DNA of 64,000 bases from contig JAVTWR010000059.1 in NCBI GenBank assembly GCA_032229665.1, positions 113,191-177,190 on the forward strand, written 5' to 3'. This stretch comes from Polyangiaceae bacterium. GTDB taxonomy: Bacteria > Myxococcota_A > Polyangia > Polyangiales > Polyangiaceae. A model generated the notes under the pieces. The model did not search any database. It saw only the letters and a program-made list of their open reading frames with translations, and was not told where the DNA came from. This document shows, one piece after another, positions 8,449 through 17,263 of this stretch. The first letter of the stretch is position 1; each line of letters opens with the position of its first letter. The position numbers were made by a program, and so were the translations under genes.

Positions 8449-11286
8449 TCAGGGGCCGGGCTTGTTGCCCTCTCCCGCCGCTCCGGCGGCGGCGGCGCGA
8501 GCTGCTTCTTCGTGGCGCTTGGCCTCGGCGGTGTTCTTCCGGGCGCCGTAGATCTTGGCCATGCGCAAGTGGGCAGCTTCGGCTTCCTTCGGCTTGGGGG
8601 TCGAGGCCAGAGCGCTCTCGGCCTCGAAGAGCGCGGCGTCGCCCAGGCCCAGCTCGTCGTACGTTGCGGCGCACAGGTTGTGGATCTCGGCGTTCTCCAC
8701 GTCGACGTACAGCGTCGACTCGCACACCCGCCGCGCCTCTTCCCACTGCTTCTTCGCCACGAGGCGCACCATGAGCCCGCGCCAAACGCGACGGTTGTGC
8801 TGGTCGAGCGGGGCCAGCTTGCGCAGGATGTCCAGCTGGTCGTCCTCGCGCTTCTCTTCCACCGCGATGTCGAAGAGCCCCTGGAGCGGCTCCGACTGGC
8901 TCGGGTCCCAGCGGTGGGCAGACTCGAGCGAGAAGCGGAAGGCCTTGTCGTTCTTCTGGGCCTCGTACACGTCGGCCAGCGCGGTCTGCACGAAGTAGCC
9001 GTCGCCGCCGGCGCTGCGGATGGTCTGCAGGTGCTTCTCGGCCTCCGCCGGGTTCTTCTCGGCCATGGAGATCTTGGCGGCCATGTAGTGCGCGCTCATG
9101 AGCTTGGGGTCGAGGCCCAGGGCCACCTCGATCTCCTTCTTGGCTTCTTCGATCTTGTGGGCGCGGGCCAGCGAGAGCGCGTACTCGGCGTGGGCCTTCG
9201 CGTCGTTCGGTGCACCCTGCACGCGAAGCTTGGCGTCCTCCGGCGCTCGCGCGCGGTCGGAGAAGATGAACTGCCCCTTGTAGCGACGCAGTCGGTTGAG
9301 CTCCCAGGCGCGGAACTCGCTGTCGTAGGTGGCGGGCGGCACGCCGAAGGCCTTCTCGATGACCTCCGGGGTGCGCTTGCCCTCGCCCCACAGCTGCAGG
9401 GCCTTGACCACCCGCTGCATGCCGAAGCGCTCCACCGTGAAGACCATCATCTGACTGGAGGCGTAGTAAGCCACCGTGACGTCGAGGCCGTCGTTGGCGT
9501 GGGTGAACGCGCGGTTCATGTCCACCGCCGAGGGCAGCGTGTTCTGGGTGAGCGCCATGTAGAGCTGCGGATCCAGCTCGCGGTTCCACTCCGGGCGCCG
9601 GGCGATGGTCTCGTACTCCGAGAGCCCTTCGGTGAACCAGCGCGGCACGTGGTTCTTCGAGAGCTGGATGGCGAACACGTGACCGAGCTCGTGCCACAGC
9701 ACGTTGCCCCAGTTGAAGGGCTCGCTCTTGGGGCTCATGGCCGCCACCACCCGACCGAAGCACACGCCCTGGATGCCGATGTTGGGTAGGCCGCTGGTGC
9801 GCACGCTGAAGTTCTCGCGGGTCTCGTACAGCTCCACTTGAGTGGGGAGCTTGGGCACGAAGCCGTAGCGGGCCTTCATGCTGGCCAGAGCCTCGCCGGC
9901 CAGGCGCGGCACGTAGCGATCGAGCACCTTCTTCTCGCTCTTGGGGTAGCGAATCTTGAAGGTGCCCACCTCCACCGTCTCGTAGTTGGTGGGTATCACC
10001 TTCTCGTAGAGGTTGAGTGTATTGTACACCATGACGTTGTAGCGGTCCTTGGACCACGCGGTGTTCAGTGCCTTGAGGCCGTCGTCCTCTTGGCCGTTGC
10101 GCATGGAGGTGAGGCCCAGCTGGGCCCAGGCCCGGCCGTCGTCGGGGTCGACCTTGGTGGCCTCTTTCATCATGCTCACGATGTCGTCGTAGCGGTGCTC
10201 CCATTCGGCGAACTCGCCCACGATGGAGTAGAAGCGCGCGTACTCCGGGTTGCGGGTGAAGACGTCTTTCTTGGCCGCCTCGAAGCCCGGCTTGTCGTCG
10301 GAGAGAAAGCGCGTGGCGGCGCGCATCGAGAGGAGCTCGAGATCGTTCGGGTTGATGGCCAGGCCGGTCTCGATGGCCTTGTCGGATGCGGCGAGATCCA
10401 TGTCGCGCAGGGCGATGCCGGCGCGCACTGCGTACACCGCGGCCAGCTTGGGGTTGATGGCCAAGGCCTCTTTGAGGAGCGCTTCGGCGGCGTCGAAGTC
10501 GAGCGCCTGATCGAGCTTGATGCGCGCCATGGTGAGGAGGGCGTCGGCGCGCTTGGGGGCGATCTTCAAGGCGTCGCGGGTGACGTCTTCGGCGTGCCCC
10601 GGATCGAACTTCTCGAGGAAGAGCTCGGACCGGTACATCAGGGTTTGCGTGCGGGTCTTGTCGATGGCCTCGCTCTCGCTGAAAGCTTGGTTGGCGTCCT
10701 TCGCGCTTCGGAGCAGGTGGGCGGCGCGGCCCACTTCTGCCAGGCCATCGGCGTCCTGGCCCACCTCGGAGTAGTCGTCGATGACCTTGTGCAAAGGGTC
10801 GTCGGCGTCGGCGCGCTTGCCGGCGTAGATGAGGTACTCGCCGAGGAGCGTCCGGGCGCGGCGGGCCTCGCCGCCCTTGGTGGCCTTCACTCCTTCGAGG
10901 GTCTTGATGGCCTCGGCCACCTTGCCGCGGGCGAAGAGCGAACGGGCACGCACGGTGGCGGCCAGCGCACGCACCGCTTCACCTCCGGCGGTCACCTGGG
11001 CCAAGGTCTTGTCGGCCTCGTCGTAGCGCCCGCGCTCCAGGTAGCTCCGGGCCAGGAGCACCTGGGCCTCGGGCTGGTCGGAGCCGCGGATGGCCTTCAG
11101 CGCGGCTTCGGCGCCGTCGTAGTCGGTGATCTCCAGCTTTCCGCGCGCCTCGGCCAGGGCCGAGGAGACCTCGCGCTTGCCGGTGGGGGCCGCGTTGCGC
11201 GGCTGCGCAAGGGCCGGACCCTCGGGCGCGGTGGGGGCCGCGATTCCGGCAAGAATGGTAAGGGCGAGAAGAAGAGGCCGACGCAT
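8449..11286 (-). CDS. secreted TPR-repeat protein with an embedded gluzincin (HExxH...E) metallopeptidase domain
   Basis: Signal peptide MRRPLLLALTILAGIAAP. WHELGHVFAIQLSKNHVPRWFTEGLSEYE gives HExxH plus a downstream Glu. TPR-like helical repeats on both sides. Confidence 0.8.
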   Translation of the reverse strand: MRRPLLLALTILAGIAAPTAPEGPALAQPRNAAPTGKREVSSALAEARGKLEITDYDGAEAALKAIRGSDQPEAQVLLARSYLERGRYDEADKTLAQVTAGGEAVRALAATVRARSLFARGKVAEAIKTLEGVKATKGGEARRARTLLGEYLIYAGKRADADDPLHKVIDDYSEVGQDADGLAEVGRAAHLLRSAKDANQAFSESEAIDKTRTQTLMYRSELFLEKFDPGHAEDVTRDALKIAPKRADALLTMARIKLDQALDFDAAEALLKEALAINPKLAAVYAVRAGIALRDMDLAASDKAIETGLAINPNDLELLSMRAATRFLSDDKPGFEAAKKDVFTRNPEYARFYSIVGEFAEWEHRYDDIVSMMKEATKVDPDDGRAWAQLGLTSMRNGQEDDGLKALNTAWSKDRYNVMVYNTLNLYEKVIPTNYETVEVGTFKIRYPKSEKKVLDRYVPRLAGEALASMKARYGFVPKLPTQVELYETRENFSVRTSGLPNIGIQGVCFGRVVAAMSPKSEPFNWGNVLWHELGHVFAIQLSKNHVPRWFTEGLSEYETIARRPEWNRELDPQLYMALTQNTLPSAVDMNRAFTHANDGLDVTVAYYASSQMMVFTVERFGMQRVVKALQLWGEGKRTPEVIEKAFGVPPATYDSEFRAWELNRLRRYKGQFIFSDRARAPEDAKLRVQGAPNDAKAHAEYALSLARAHKIEEAKKEIEVALGLDPKLMSAHYMAAKISMAEKNPAEAEKHLQTIRSAGGDGYFVQTALADVYEAQKNDKAFRFSLESAHRWDPSQSEPLQGLFDIAVEEKREDDQLDILRKLAPLDQHNRRVWRGLMVRLVAKKQWEEARRVCESTLYVDVENAEIHNLCAATYDELGLGDAALFEAESALASTPKPKEAEAAHLRMAKIYGARKNTAEAKRHEEAARAAAAGAAGEGNKPGP

Positions 11287-11432
11287 GCCACGAGGCTATC
11301 ACGCGGTCCGTGAACCCTTGAGCCCGCGCGCGGGCCGCCATGGCTGGCGCGCAAGGTCCGAAAGTTCCAGTCGCGGACGAAATTTCCAGGATCACCTTGC
11401 CCGACCCCGACCCCTGACGTAGGACACCCGCC

Positions 11433-12005
11433 ATGAAGCGTTTCGCCCTCCTCCTCGCGCTCGCGGCCCTCACCGGTGCGTGCACCGCCGACGTTCAGGA
11501 GGCCGGCGACGACGCGGAGGCGACGGTCCAGGAAGACCCCATCGTCCTGGCGACCGACACCAAGATCAAGAACGCCATCGTGAAGGCCTCGACCGGCGTC
11601 TACTACCTCTCGGAGAGCGATCACCCGCTGGTGTGGATTCGCTCCACCCAGGTCGCCACCGCGCCGGCCAACGCGGCGTTCATTCACCGCGCCTTCAATG
11701 CCGTCACCAACAACGACGCCATGGCCGACAAGCCGCTCTCGCAGATGAAGTCCGAGACGGTGGCATTCGAGACCTTCGCCTCGCGGCACGCCCCGGTGGC
11801 CGGCGAGGACGCCGACAACTTCGCCTACCACCAGCAGATCACCAAGGTGCTCGACCTGGTTCGCACCAACCTCAAGAACCCCATCGTCATCCGCTTGGGT
11901 CGCCCGCAGGGCAACTACCTGGTGGGCGCCATCTCGGTGTACATCGTCGGCACCTTGCCCAGCGGCAAGATCGGCGGCATCTTCACCGTCGCCGTCGAGA
12001 CCTGA
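11433..12005 (+). CDS. NuiA-like nuclease-inhibitor-family lipoprotein
   Basis: Lipobox MKRFALLLALAALTGAC. YYLSESDHPLVW and the C-terminal VLDLVRTNLKNPIVIRLG...VYIVGTLPSGKIGGIFTVAVET resemble my recollection of Anabaena NuiA (..FMSESEYPFEVF.. and ..LKSNLKNPQVYRLGEVELDVYVIGETPAGNLAGISTKVVET). This is recalled similarity, not a search result. Confidence 0.6.
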   Translation: MKRFALLLALAALTGACTADVQEAGDDAEATVQEDPIVLATDTKIKNAIVKASTGVYYLSESDHPLVWIRSTQVATAPANAAFIHRAFNAVTNNDAMADKPLSQMKSETVAFETFASRHAPVAGEDADNFAYHQQITKVLDLVRTNLKNPIVIRLGRPQGNYLVGAISVYIVGTLPSGKIGGIFTVAVET

Positions 12006-12018
12006 GCATCGCTACGGA

Positions 12019-12825
12019 TCACGGCGCGAAGGTTCGCGTGCGGTAGGCGGCCCGGGCGTCGAGACCGAAGCGCTCGAGGCCCGGCGCCACCGCGTGCTCC
12101 ATGGTGTTGCGGTAGATCTCGCCCATCTCTCCCGGGTCGACGTAGCCCAGCGCGTCGTCGTCGTCGGTGCGCGCTGCAGGCGCCTTCGGGGAATGCGCGA
12201 GCTCGCGCTCGGCCACGGCGAACGCGAAGCGCAGGTAGCGCGTGAGCGAGGCGCGCACTTCCGGCCGTGCGCGCAGCCATGCGTCCCAGCCCTCGAGGTA
12301 GAGAAAGCCGAAGCGCCCGTGGAGGGTCTCGTCGGCGAGGAGTGCCCGGATGGCGCTTCGCAGGTAGCGATCGCGGGCGCGCTCCAGGCTGAGCGTGAGG
12401 TAAGCCACCGCCGCCATCTCGGTGATGCAGGTGGTGTAGACCACGTTGCGCAGCGCGCACTCCTCCCGGGATACCTTGGCATGCGTAGCGATGCCGCTGG
12501 GCCCGCCCGCACCGGGAAGCTCGGGCCGCGACGCACCCAGCGCCACCGAGACGTCGGCGCAGCGCTCGGCGTGCACCAGCTCGTCTTGGGCCATGCGCAG
12601 CGTGACCGCCGAGGCCTCCAGCGAGGCGCCGGCGGCGAGCACCTGCGAGGCCAGCGCCGAGAACACGAAGGTGGAGCGATACTCGTTCTGCGTTCGCGTC
12701 GTCCACACGGCGCGCGCCCGGCCAACGGCGGCGGGATCGTAGGCCTCCGCCGCGAACGCGGCCCCGTCGTCCTCCACCCGCTGGAGGCTCGCGCGGAGCG
12801 CGCGGTACTCCGAGGCGAGCTGCAT
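12019..12825 (-). CDS. ferritin-like diiron-carboxylate protein
   Basis: Start MQLASEYRAL at 12825. Two E...ExxH pairs (NEYRS / DELVHAE and TEMAA / ADETLHG). No signal peptide. The ATG overlaps the upstream stop (TGATG). Paralog of the partial gene at 63539. Confidence 0.7.
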   Translation of the reverse strand: MQLASEYRALRASLQRVEDDGAAFAAEAYDPAAVGRARAVWTTRTQNEYRSTFVFSALASQVLAAGASLEASAVTLRMAQDELVHAERCADVSVALGASRPELPGAGGPSGIATHAKVSREECALRNVVYTTCITEMAAVAYLTLSLERARDRYLRSAIRALLADETLHGRFGFLYLEGWDAWLRARPEVRASLTRYLRFAFAVAERELAHSPKAPAARTDDDDALGYVDPGEMGEIYRNTMEHAVAPGLERFGLDARAAYRTRTFAP

Positions 12826-13148
12826 CAGACCGGCATTTCCGGCGGGGGAAGAGGACCCGCCACGCCGCCGCCGCTGTCTTCCGTGGCGGCATCCGATGTC
12901 GATGCATCTTGCACGGAACCGGCGTCGCGCTCGGTGCTTCCGTCGGCCACCGCCGCGTCGAGTGTCGATGCGTCGCCGGCCTTTCCGGCGTCTTTCTCGC
13001 CCGCGCTGGCGTCTTGGGTGGGCGCGCCGGAGCTGGAGGCCGGGGCCTCGGAGGAGCAAGCCGGAAGGGCCAACGTGGAGGCCAGCGCCAGGGCGCGGGC
13101 GAAGCGGACGTACTTGGGGTGAAGGTCGCGGGAGGAGGTCGATGCCAT
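12825..13148 (-). CDS. acidic low-complexity lipoprotein (107 aa), translationally coupled to the ferritin-like gene
   Basis: MASTSSRDLHPKYVRFARALALASTLALPAC lipobox. Asp/Ala/Ser/Gly-rich body. Ends GPLPPPEMPV. It is the tail of listed ORF 12825..13778. Confidence 0.55.
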   Translation of the reverse strand: MASTSSRDLHPKYVRFARALALASTLALPACSSEAPASSSGAPTQDASAGEKDAGKAGDASTLDAAVADGSTERDAGSVQDASTSDAATEDSGGGVAGPLPPPEMPV

Positions 13149-13191
13149 GCTCACACTTGGGAGTGCGCAGGCGCCTTCGTCACGAAATCGA

Positions 13192-13827
13192 TCAGAAGGG
13201 CGGCGGTACCAGATCGTCCGGGCCGACCGTGCGAAGCGGAATGCTGTCGGCCGGGTCGACCGCCTCGAGGCGTAGCCAGTTTTCCGGGCACCGCGCCGAC
13301 GCCAGCGTGTAGCGCGTGGTGTGGTCGCGATCGTAGTGGAGGTCGATGGCCGCAGGGCCTTCGTCGGGGATGTCGATGTCGAAGCTCGCTTGATACGCAG
13401 CCTCGGTGCCGCGCACCAGCCTCCCGTCGTTGTCGCGTCGGAGAAAGTAGATGCGGCAGCCGGCGGTGAACTCCATGCCCACCACGTCGCTGGGCGTGCT
13501 GGTGGGCCGCGCGCCGCACAACATCCAGCGATTGGCGGTGACGGCCACCACGTCCTTGGCGGTGGCGATGGCGTAGCGCGATCCACCGGCCTCGGCAGTG
13601 GCGGGACACAACGGGTAGCTGCACCCGTTGCCGCGCAGCGACGCGATCTCCTGGTCGAGCCAGTCGACGCAGCCGTAGAGTCGCGCGCCAGCCTCTTTCG
13701 CCGGGGTGCTCTGGATGGGCGTGGGCGCGCCTGCGTCGTTGGCGCCCAGGTCGACGGCGCGGGTGGCACACGCCACACCCAGCGCGCTTGCGAGAGCGCA
13801 GGTCAGACCGCGGCGTACCAAGCTCAT
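13192..13827 (-). CDS. hypothetical lipoprotein (output gene of ECF cassette A)
   Basis: MSLVRRGLTCALASALGVAC signal at an internal ATG (13827; alternative 13836) of listed ORF 13192..14391. 8 Cys. Globular composition. Confidence 0.65.
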   Translation of the reverse strand: MSLVRRGLTCALASALGVACATRAVDLGANDAGAPTPIQSTPAKEAGARLYGCVDWLDQEIASLRGNGCSYPLCPATAEAGGSRYAIATAKDVVAVTANRWMLCGARPTSTPSDVVGMEFTAGCRIYFLRRDNDGRLVRGTEAAYQASFDIDIPDEGPAAIDLHYDRDHTTRYTLASARCPENWLRLEAVDPADSIPLRTVGPDDLVPPPF

Positions 13828-13868
13828 GGGCGGCATCTTGGCCCGGATTGCCCGGGGTGCAAGGCCGT

Positions 13869-14600
13869 TCACAGGTCGCGCTCCCGAGAATCGGGGCCGC
13901 TGCCGACCACGGCGTCCACCGCCGGTAGGAGCATGCTCCGAGGAAAGCGCTTGCGGAAGCGGTCGGCTCTCGCCTGCGCATCGCCGCGCCGGCCCTGCGT
14001 GGCCAGCGCCTGGATCGCCAGCGCCTCGCGCTCCTCCACCAGCGCGCCCTGGGGGAACTTGCGCTCGTGCTCGCCCGTGGCCACCAGGGTGTTGGCGGCA
14101 TCTCCGCGGCCGAGTGCGCTTCGTGCCACGTCGAGCACCGCGCGCTCCTTGGCCAGGTCTTCGCCGTGCGCGGCGTTGGTGGCGCCGGGGGGCGCCGTGG
14201 GGGCGCGCGGCAGGTCCTCCAGCCGAAGTCCCGACGGCGAAGGCGCCGGCGGGGCCGTGAGCTGGGCCACGGTGACCGGGGTCGGCGGGGTCGGTCGATC
14301 GATGTAAACTACACGCTCGCGCGGGGGCAAGAGGAGCGAGCCCCCGAGGCCCAGACCGGCGCCGACCGCCAGCGCTGCCGCCAGAGCCCACGCGGGAAAG
14401 CCCGCGGCCAACGGAGCCGCAGGCGGCGAGGGAGCCGTGTTGCCGCCACTGCCGCCACTGCCGCCACTGCCGCCACTGGGGGGCGGGGGCAGCGCCGCCG
14501 CGAGCCGCGTGAGCACCCGCGCCTTGGCCTCGTCCGGCGCCGCGATGGTCTTGGCATCCTGGAGGAGCGTAGCGAGATCGTCGTCGATCGGGCCTTTCAC
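13869..14600 (-). CDS. membrane-anchored anti-sigma factor (cassette A)
   Basis: ATGA overlap with the ECF sigma gene. Short N-terminal helix, (SGG)4/Pro-rich spacer, one TM (FPAWALAAALAVGAGLGLGGSLLL). C-terminal motif HERKFPQGALVEEREALAIQAL...RFRKRFPRS is shared with the genes at 17260 and 48187. Confidence 0.65.
   Translation of the reverse strand: MKGPIDDDLATLLQDAKTIAAPDEAKARVLTRLAAALPPPPSGGSGGSGGSGGNTAPSPPAAPLAAGFPAWALAAALAVGAGLGLGGSLLLPPRERVVYIDRPTPPTPVTVAQLTAPPAPSPSGLRLEDLPRAPTAPPGATNAAHGEDLAKERAVLDVARSALGRGDAANTLVATGEHERKFPQGALVEEREALAIQALATQGRRGDAQARADRFRKRFPRSMLLPAVDAVVGSGPDSRERDL
14442..14477. repeat. perfect 4 x 9-bp tandem repeat (gccgccact), in frame, encoding (SGG)4
   Basis: Read directly: gccgccact gccgccact gccgccact gccgccact, inside the anti-sigma spacer region. 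Confidence 0.9.
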
Positions 14601-15136
14601 GGGCGGGCCTCCTTTCGGCTCTCGCGCTTGACGGCTTCGCGGAACTCCTCGCGTGCGAGCCGCAGCCGCGAGTAGGCGGTGTTCACGGGGATCTCCAGGG
14701 CGGCGGCGATCTCGGCCATGGGGGTCTCGTCGAGCTCGTGCAGGATGAAGACGGCCTGGCGATCGGGGTCGATCTTCCCGATGGCGCGCTCGACGAGGTG
14801 CTGGTTCTGTTTCATCTGGAGGAGCCGGTCGGCAGAGGGCAGGGGATCGCTCTCTTCGGCCTCGGTGCCCATTACCTCCCGGCGATGACGGGCCAGGCGG
14901 CGGTAGTCGGAGGCGAAGCGAAAAGCGAAAGCGAAGAGCCAGGGGCGGATCGGCCGCGCCGGATCGTAGGTGCCGATGCGCCGGTACACCTCAAGGAACA
15001 CGTCGTGGGTGAGGTCCTCGAGATCGCGCTCCTGGACGCCCAGGCGCCGGAGCGAAGTCCACACGTAGGCGAACTCCGCCTCGAAGATTGCATCGAAGCG
15101 GGCCCGTTCGGACATGTCGACGAGCGCCGCGGCCAT
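14597..15136 (-). CDS. ECF (sigma-70 family group 4) RNA polymerase sigma factor, cassette A
   Basis: Region 2 (DLEDLTHDVFLEVYRRIGTYDPARPIRPWLFAFAFR) and region 4 HTH (ETPMAEIAAALEIPVNTAYSRLRLAREEF). Confidence 0.9.
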   Translation of the reverse strand: MAAALVDMSERARFDAIFEAEFAYVWTSLRRLGVQERDLEDLTHDVFLEVYRRIGTYDPARPIRPWLFAFAFRFASDYRRLARHRREVMGTEAEESDPLPSADRLLQMKQNQHLVERAIGKIDPDRQAVFILHELDETPMAEIAAALEIPVNTAYSRLRLAREEFREAVKRESRKEARP

Positions 15137-15195
15137 TGGGTTCGCAAGGTACTTGGGTCCAGCGCCGGGCGATCGTCAAAGAATCGGCGGGATCC

Positions 15196-16185
15196 TCAGA
15201 AAACCACCGACGGGCCCACGCCGAAGGCCGCCGATACCGGGGAGAGCGCGTAGATGCTGCGGCCGTTGAGGCGGAACTCGTAGGGCAAGAGGGGCACCGC
15301 CAGCTCCGCAAAGGGGCGAATGGTGAGATTCTTGAAGACGGGGATGCTGGCGGCGACTCGGGCGCCTACCGCCAGATAGAGCACCGCGTCCGAGCCGGGC
15401 CGCGTGACCTCCCGGGTCTCCGCCACCAGCGAGCCGAGAGTGCCGTGGGCGCAGAGCGCGAGGATCGACAGGCGAAAGCAGGGGGCGACGCCCACTTCGA
15501 GGAGCGAAGTGGCTACCACGCCGCCTTCGCTCGTGGAACGCGAGGCTTGGGCATCGAAGCGTCCGGTGAGCTCCGCCTGGAACGCGCCGTAGCGGAAAGC
15601 GCCGAAGATATCCGGGCCGAAGGCCACCGCGGGGGCCGCGCCGATGGACATGTGGAGCGCGAGGCCGGCCTCGAAGCCGCTATGCGTCGTGGGCCGCGGC
15701 GGAGGCGGAGGCTGGTCGCGAGGTGGGGCCGGGGCCTGTGAGGACGGGGGCGCGGGCGGGGGATCTGCGGGCGGCGCGGGCGGATCGGGCGGTGGGGCCG
15801 GCGGATCCGGGGGTGGCCGCGTGAGGCTCAGGGGATCGAGGGCGATGCTGATGGTGAGCGCCAGGGTGGAGGTGAGATCGCCGCAGTCGTCGCTCTTCGA
15901 CTGCAGCTCGCGATCGCCCCGCTCCTTGCTGTCGGCGTCGATGAGCTTCACGTGGGCCACGAAGCGGGAGCCGACCCGCCGGACGTCCACCGAGACCGCG
16001 TTCTCCGCCACCGGTCGGAAGGGATCGTAGCCGAGGCGCGCAGCTACCGCCTGCCGCAGCGAGGCCTCGTCGGCGCACGCGGCGGCGCCCTCTCCGCGCA
16101 CGTAGGTGAGCTTGGCGGTGGGCGTTGCCGAGGCCGTCCGCGCGAAGAGCAAGAAAGGGAGAAGGACGAGCGCCGTGCGTCGCAT
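15196..16185 (-). CDS. secreted protein: two-Cys N-domain, Pro-rich linker, predicted small C-terminal beta-barrel (cassette A)
   Basis: Signal MRRTALVLLPFLLFARTASA (start 16185). PPPDPPAPPPDPPAPPADPPPAPP linker. The last ~150 aa show alternating hydrophobic/small residues and end ...GVGPSVVF (terminal Phe). Paralogs at 19251 and 49532. Confidence 0.6.
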   Translation of the reverse strand: MRRTALVLLPFLLFARTASATPTAKLTYVRGEGAAACADEASLRQAVAARLGYDPFRPVAENAVSVDVRRVGSRFVAHVKLIDADSKERGDRELQSKSDDCGDLTSTLALTISIALDPLSLTRPPPDPPAPPPDPPAPPADPPPAPPSSQAPAPPRDQPPPPPRPTTHSGFEAGLALHMSIGAAPAVAFGPDIFGAFRYGAFQAELTGRFDAQASRSTSEGGVVATSLLEVGVAPCFRLSILALCAHGTLGSLVAETREVTRPGSDAVLYLAVGARVAASIPVFKNLTIRPFAELAVPLLPYEFRLNGRSIYALSPVSAAFGVGPSVVF

Positions 16186-16231
16186 CGCGATGCGCGAGTG
16201 TGCACGTGCCCGCGAAGGACGCAAGCGTTGA

Positions 16232-17263
16232 CTACAAGATGGTCTTCGCGCAGCGGAATCCGGTGGTGGAACGAGGTGACCGTACCGGCTGGATCTCGGA
16301 CCAGGTGGTCTGCACCTGCTCGAGGTAACCCCAGTAGCCCGCGCCGCGCACGAGCTTCTCCGAGGTCCTTAGCGATGCCTCGCGGTCGGTGCCGGGGAAG
16401 TCGTCGGGCAGGGGATCGGTTCCGAAGGATCCGAAAGGGGCCGAGCTCCACACCCACTCGATGAGGCTTCCCGCCATGTCGTAGACGCCATCGCGGGAGA
16501 TGTCGCCGGGCGTGGCGAGCACCGGCTTGGGGAACCCGCAGCCGTTCTGGCCCTGACGAAAGTCGCCGCCGAGGCCGAAGAGCGCGTGCGCGCAGTCGGG
16601 CTCCGGCGTGTCACCCCACACGTACTTGCGACTCTGGCCGCGGCCGCTGGCGATGTACAGCCACTCCACGTCGGTGAGCAAGCGCATGCCGCGGAAGTAG
16701 CAGACGGCGACTGCCTGCGGATAGTTCACGCAGTTCACCGGCAGCTCGTCGATACCCTGCGTGTATGTTGCACCAATGCCGGTGCTGAGATCGCTGCAGG
16801 TGCGGTACCCATCCTCGGCCACGTAGGTGCTGTCGAGGGCGTACCAGCGCATGGTCTCCTGGTAGGGGCCACCGGGCTCGAGGGAGCACGTGCCGCTCGG
16901 GCAGGGCTCCGGCTTGCCCGCCTCGACCCAGGCGCGAAACTGCTTCACCGTCACCTCGTGGGTGTCGACGTAGAAGTCGTGGGTCAGTCGCACCGGGGCC
17001 AGGTCGGAGCCGCCGGACCGGTAACGGAACTTGTAGGCGAAGGAGCCGGCGGGAATGCGCACCGTCTCGGGGATGACGCCGCTGCTGCCGCTGGAACCGC
17101 TGCTGCCGCTGCTCCCACTCGATCCGCTGCTCCCACTCGATCCGCTGCTGGCTCCGGCCTCGGTGCCGCCGTCCACGGTGCGGCGATCGCCGAGGTCCTG
17201 AAGACCAATGCAGGATGCAACGACCGCGGTGGCGCCCAACAGGAGGAGGCGCGCGCGCGTCAC
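16232..17263 (-). CDS. FGE-sulfatase (SUMF1/EgtB/PvdO) domain lipoprotein (output gene of cassette B)
   Basis: Lipobox LLLLGATAVVASC and an (SSG)8 linker. THEVTVKQFRAWV, NCVNYPQAVAVCYF, GVYDMAGSLIEWVW and a ...FRCAK end are typical of the FGE-sulfatase fold. ATGA overlap with the upstream anti-sigma. Confidence 0.8.
   Translation of the reverse strand: MTRARLLLLGATAVVASCIGLQDLGDRRTVDGGTEAGASSGSSGSSGSSGSSGSSGSSGSSGVIPETVRIPAGSFAYKFRYRSGGSDLAPVRLTHDFYVDTHEVTVKQFRAWVEAGKPEPCPSGTCSLEPGGPYQETMRWYALDSTYVAEDGYRTCSDLSTGIGATYTQGIDELPVNCVNYPQAVAVCYFRGMRLLTDVEWLYIASGRGQSRKYVWGDTPEPDCAHALFGLGGDFRQGQNGCGFPKPVLATPGDISRDGVYDMAGSLIEWVWSSAPFGSFGTDPLPDDFPGTDREASLRTSEKLVRGAGYWGYLEQVQTTWSEIQPVRSPRSTTGFRCAKTIL
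17081..17155. repeat. Ser-Gly trinucleotide-type repeat tract, including a perfect 2 x 18-bp unit (gctgctcccactcgatcc at 17108-17143)
   Basis: Read directly. Encodes SSGSSGSSGSSGSSGSSGSSGSSG on the minus strand. Confidence 0.85.

Noticed and set aside
9838-11313. 491-aa plus ORF (also 8512..9789, 425 aa)
   Set aside because: It is antisense to the TPR/gluzincin peptidase gene 8449..11286, which carries HELGH and TPR repeats.
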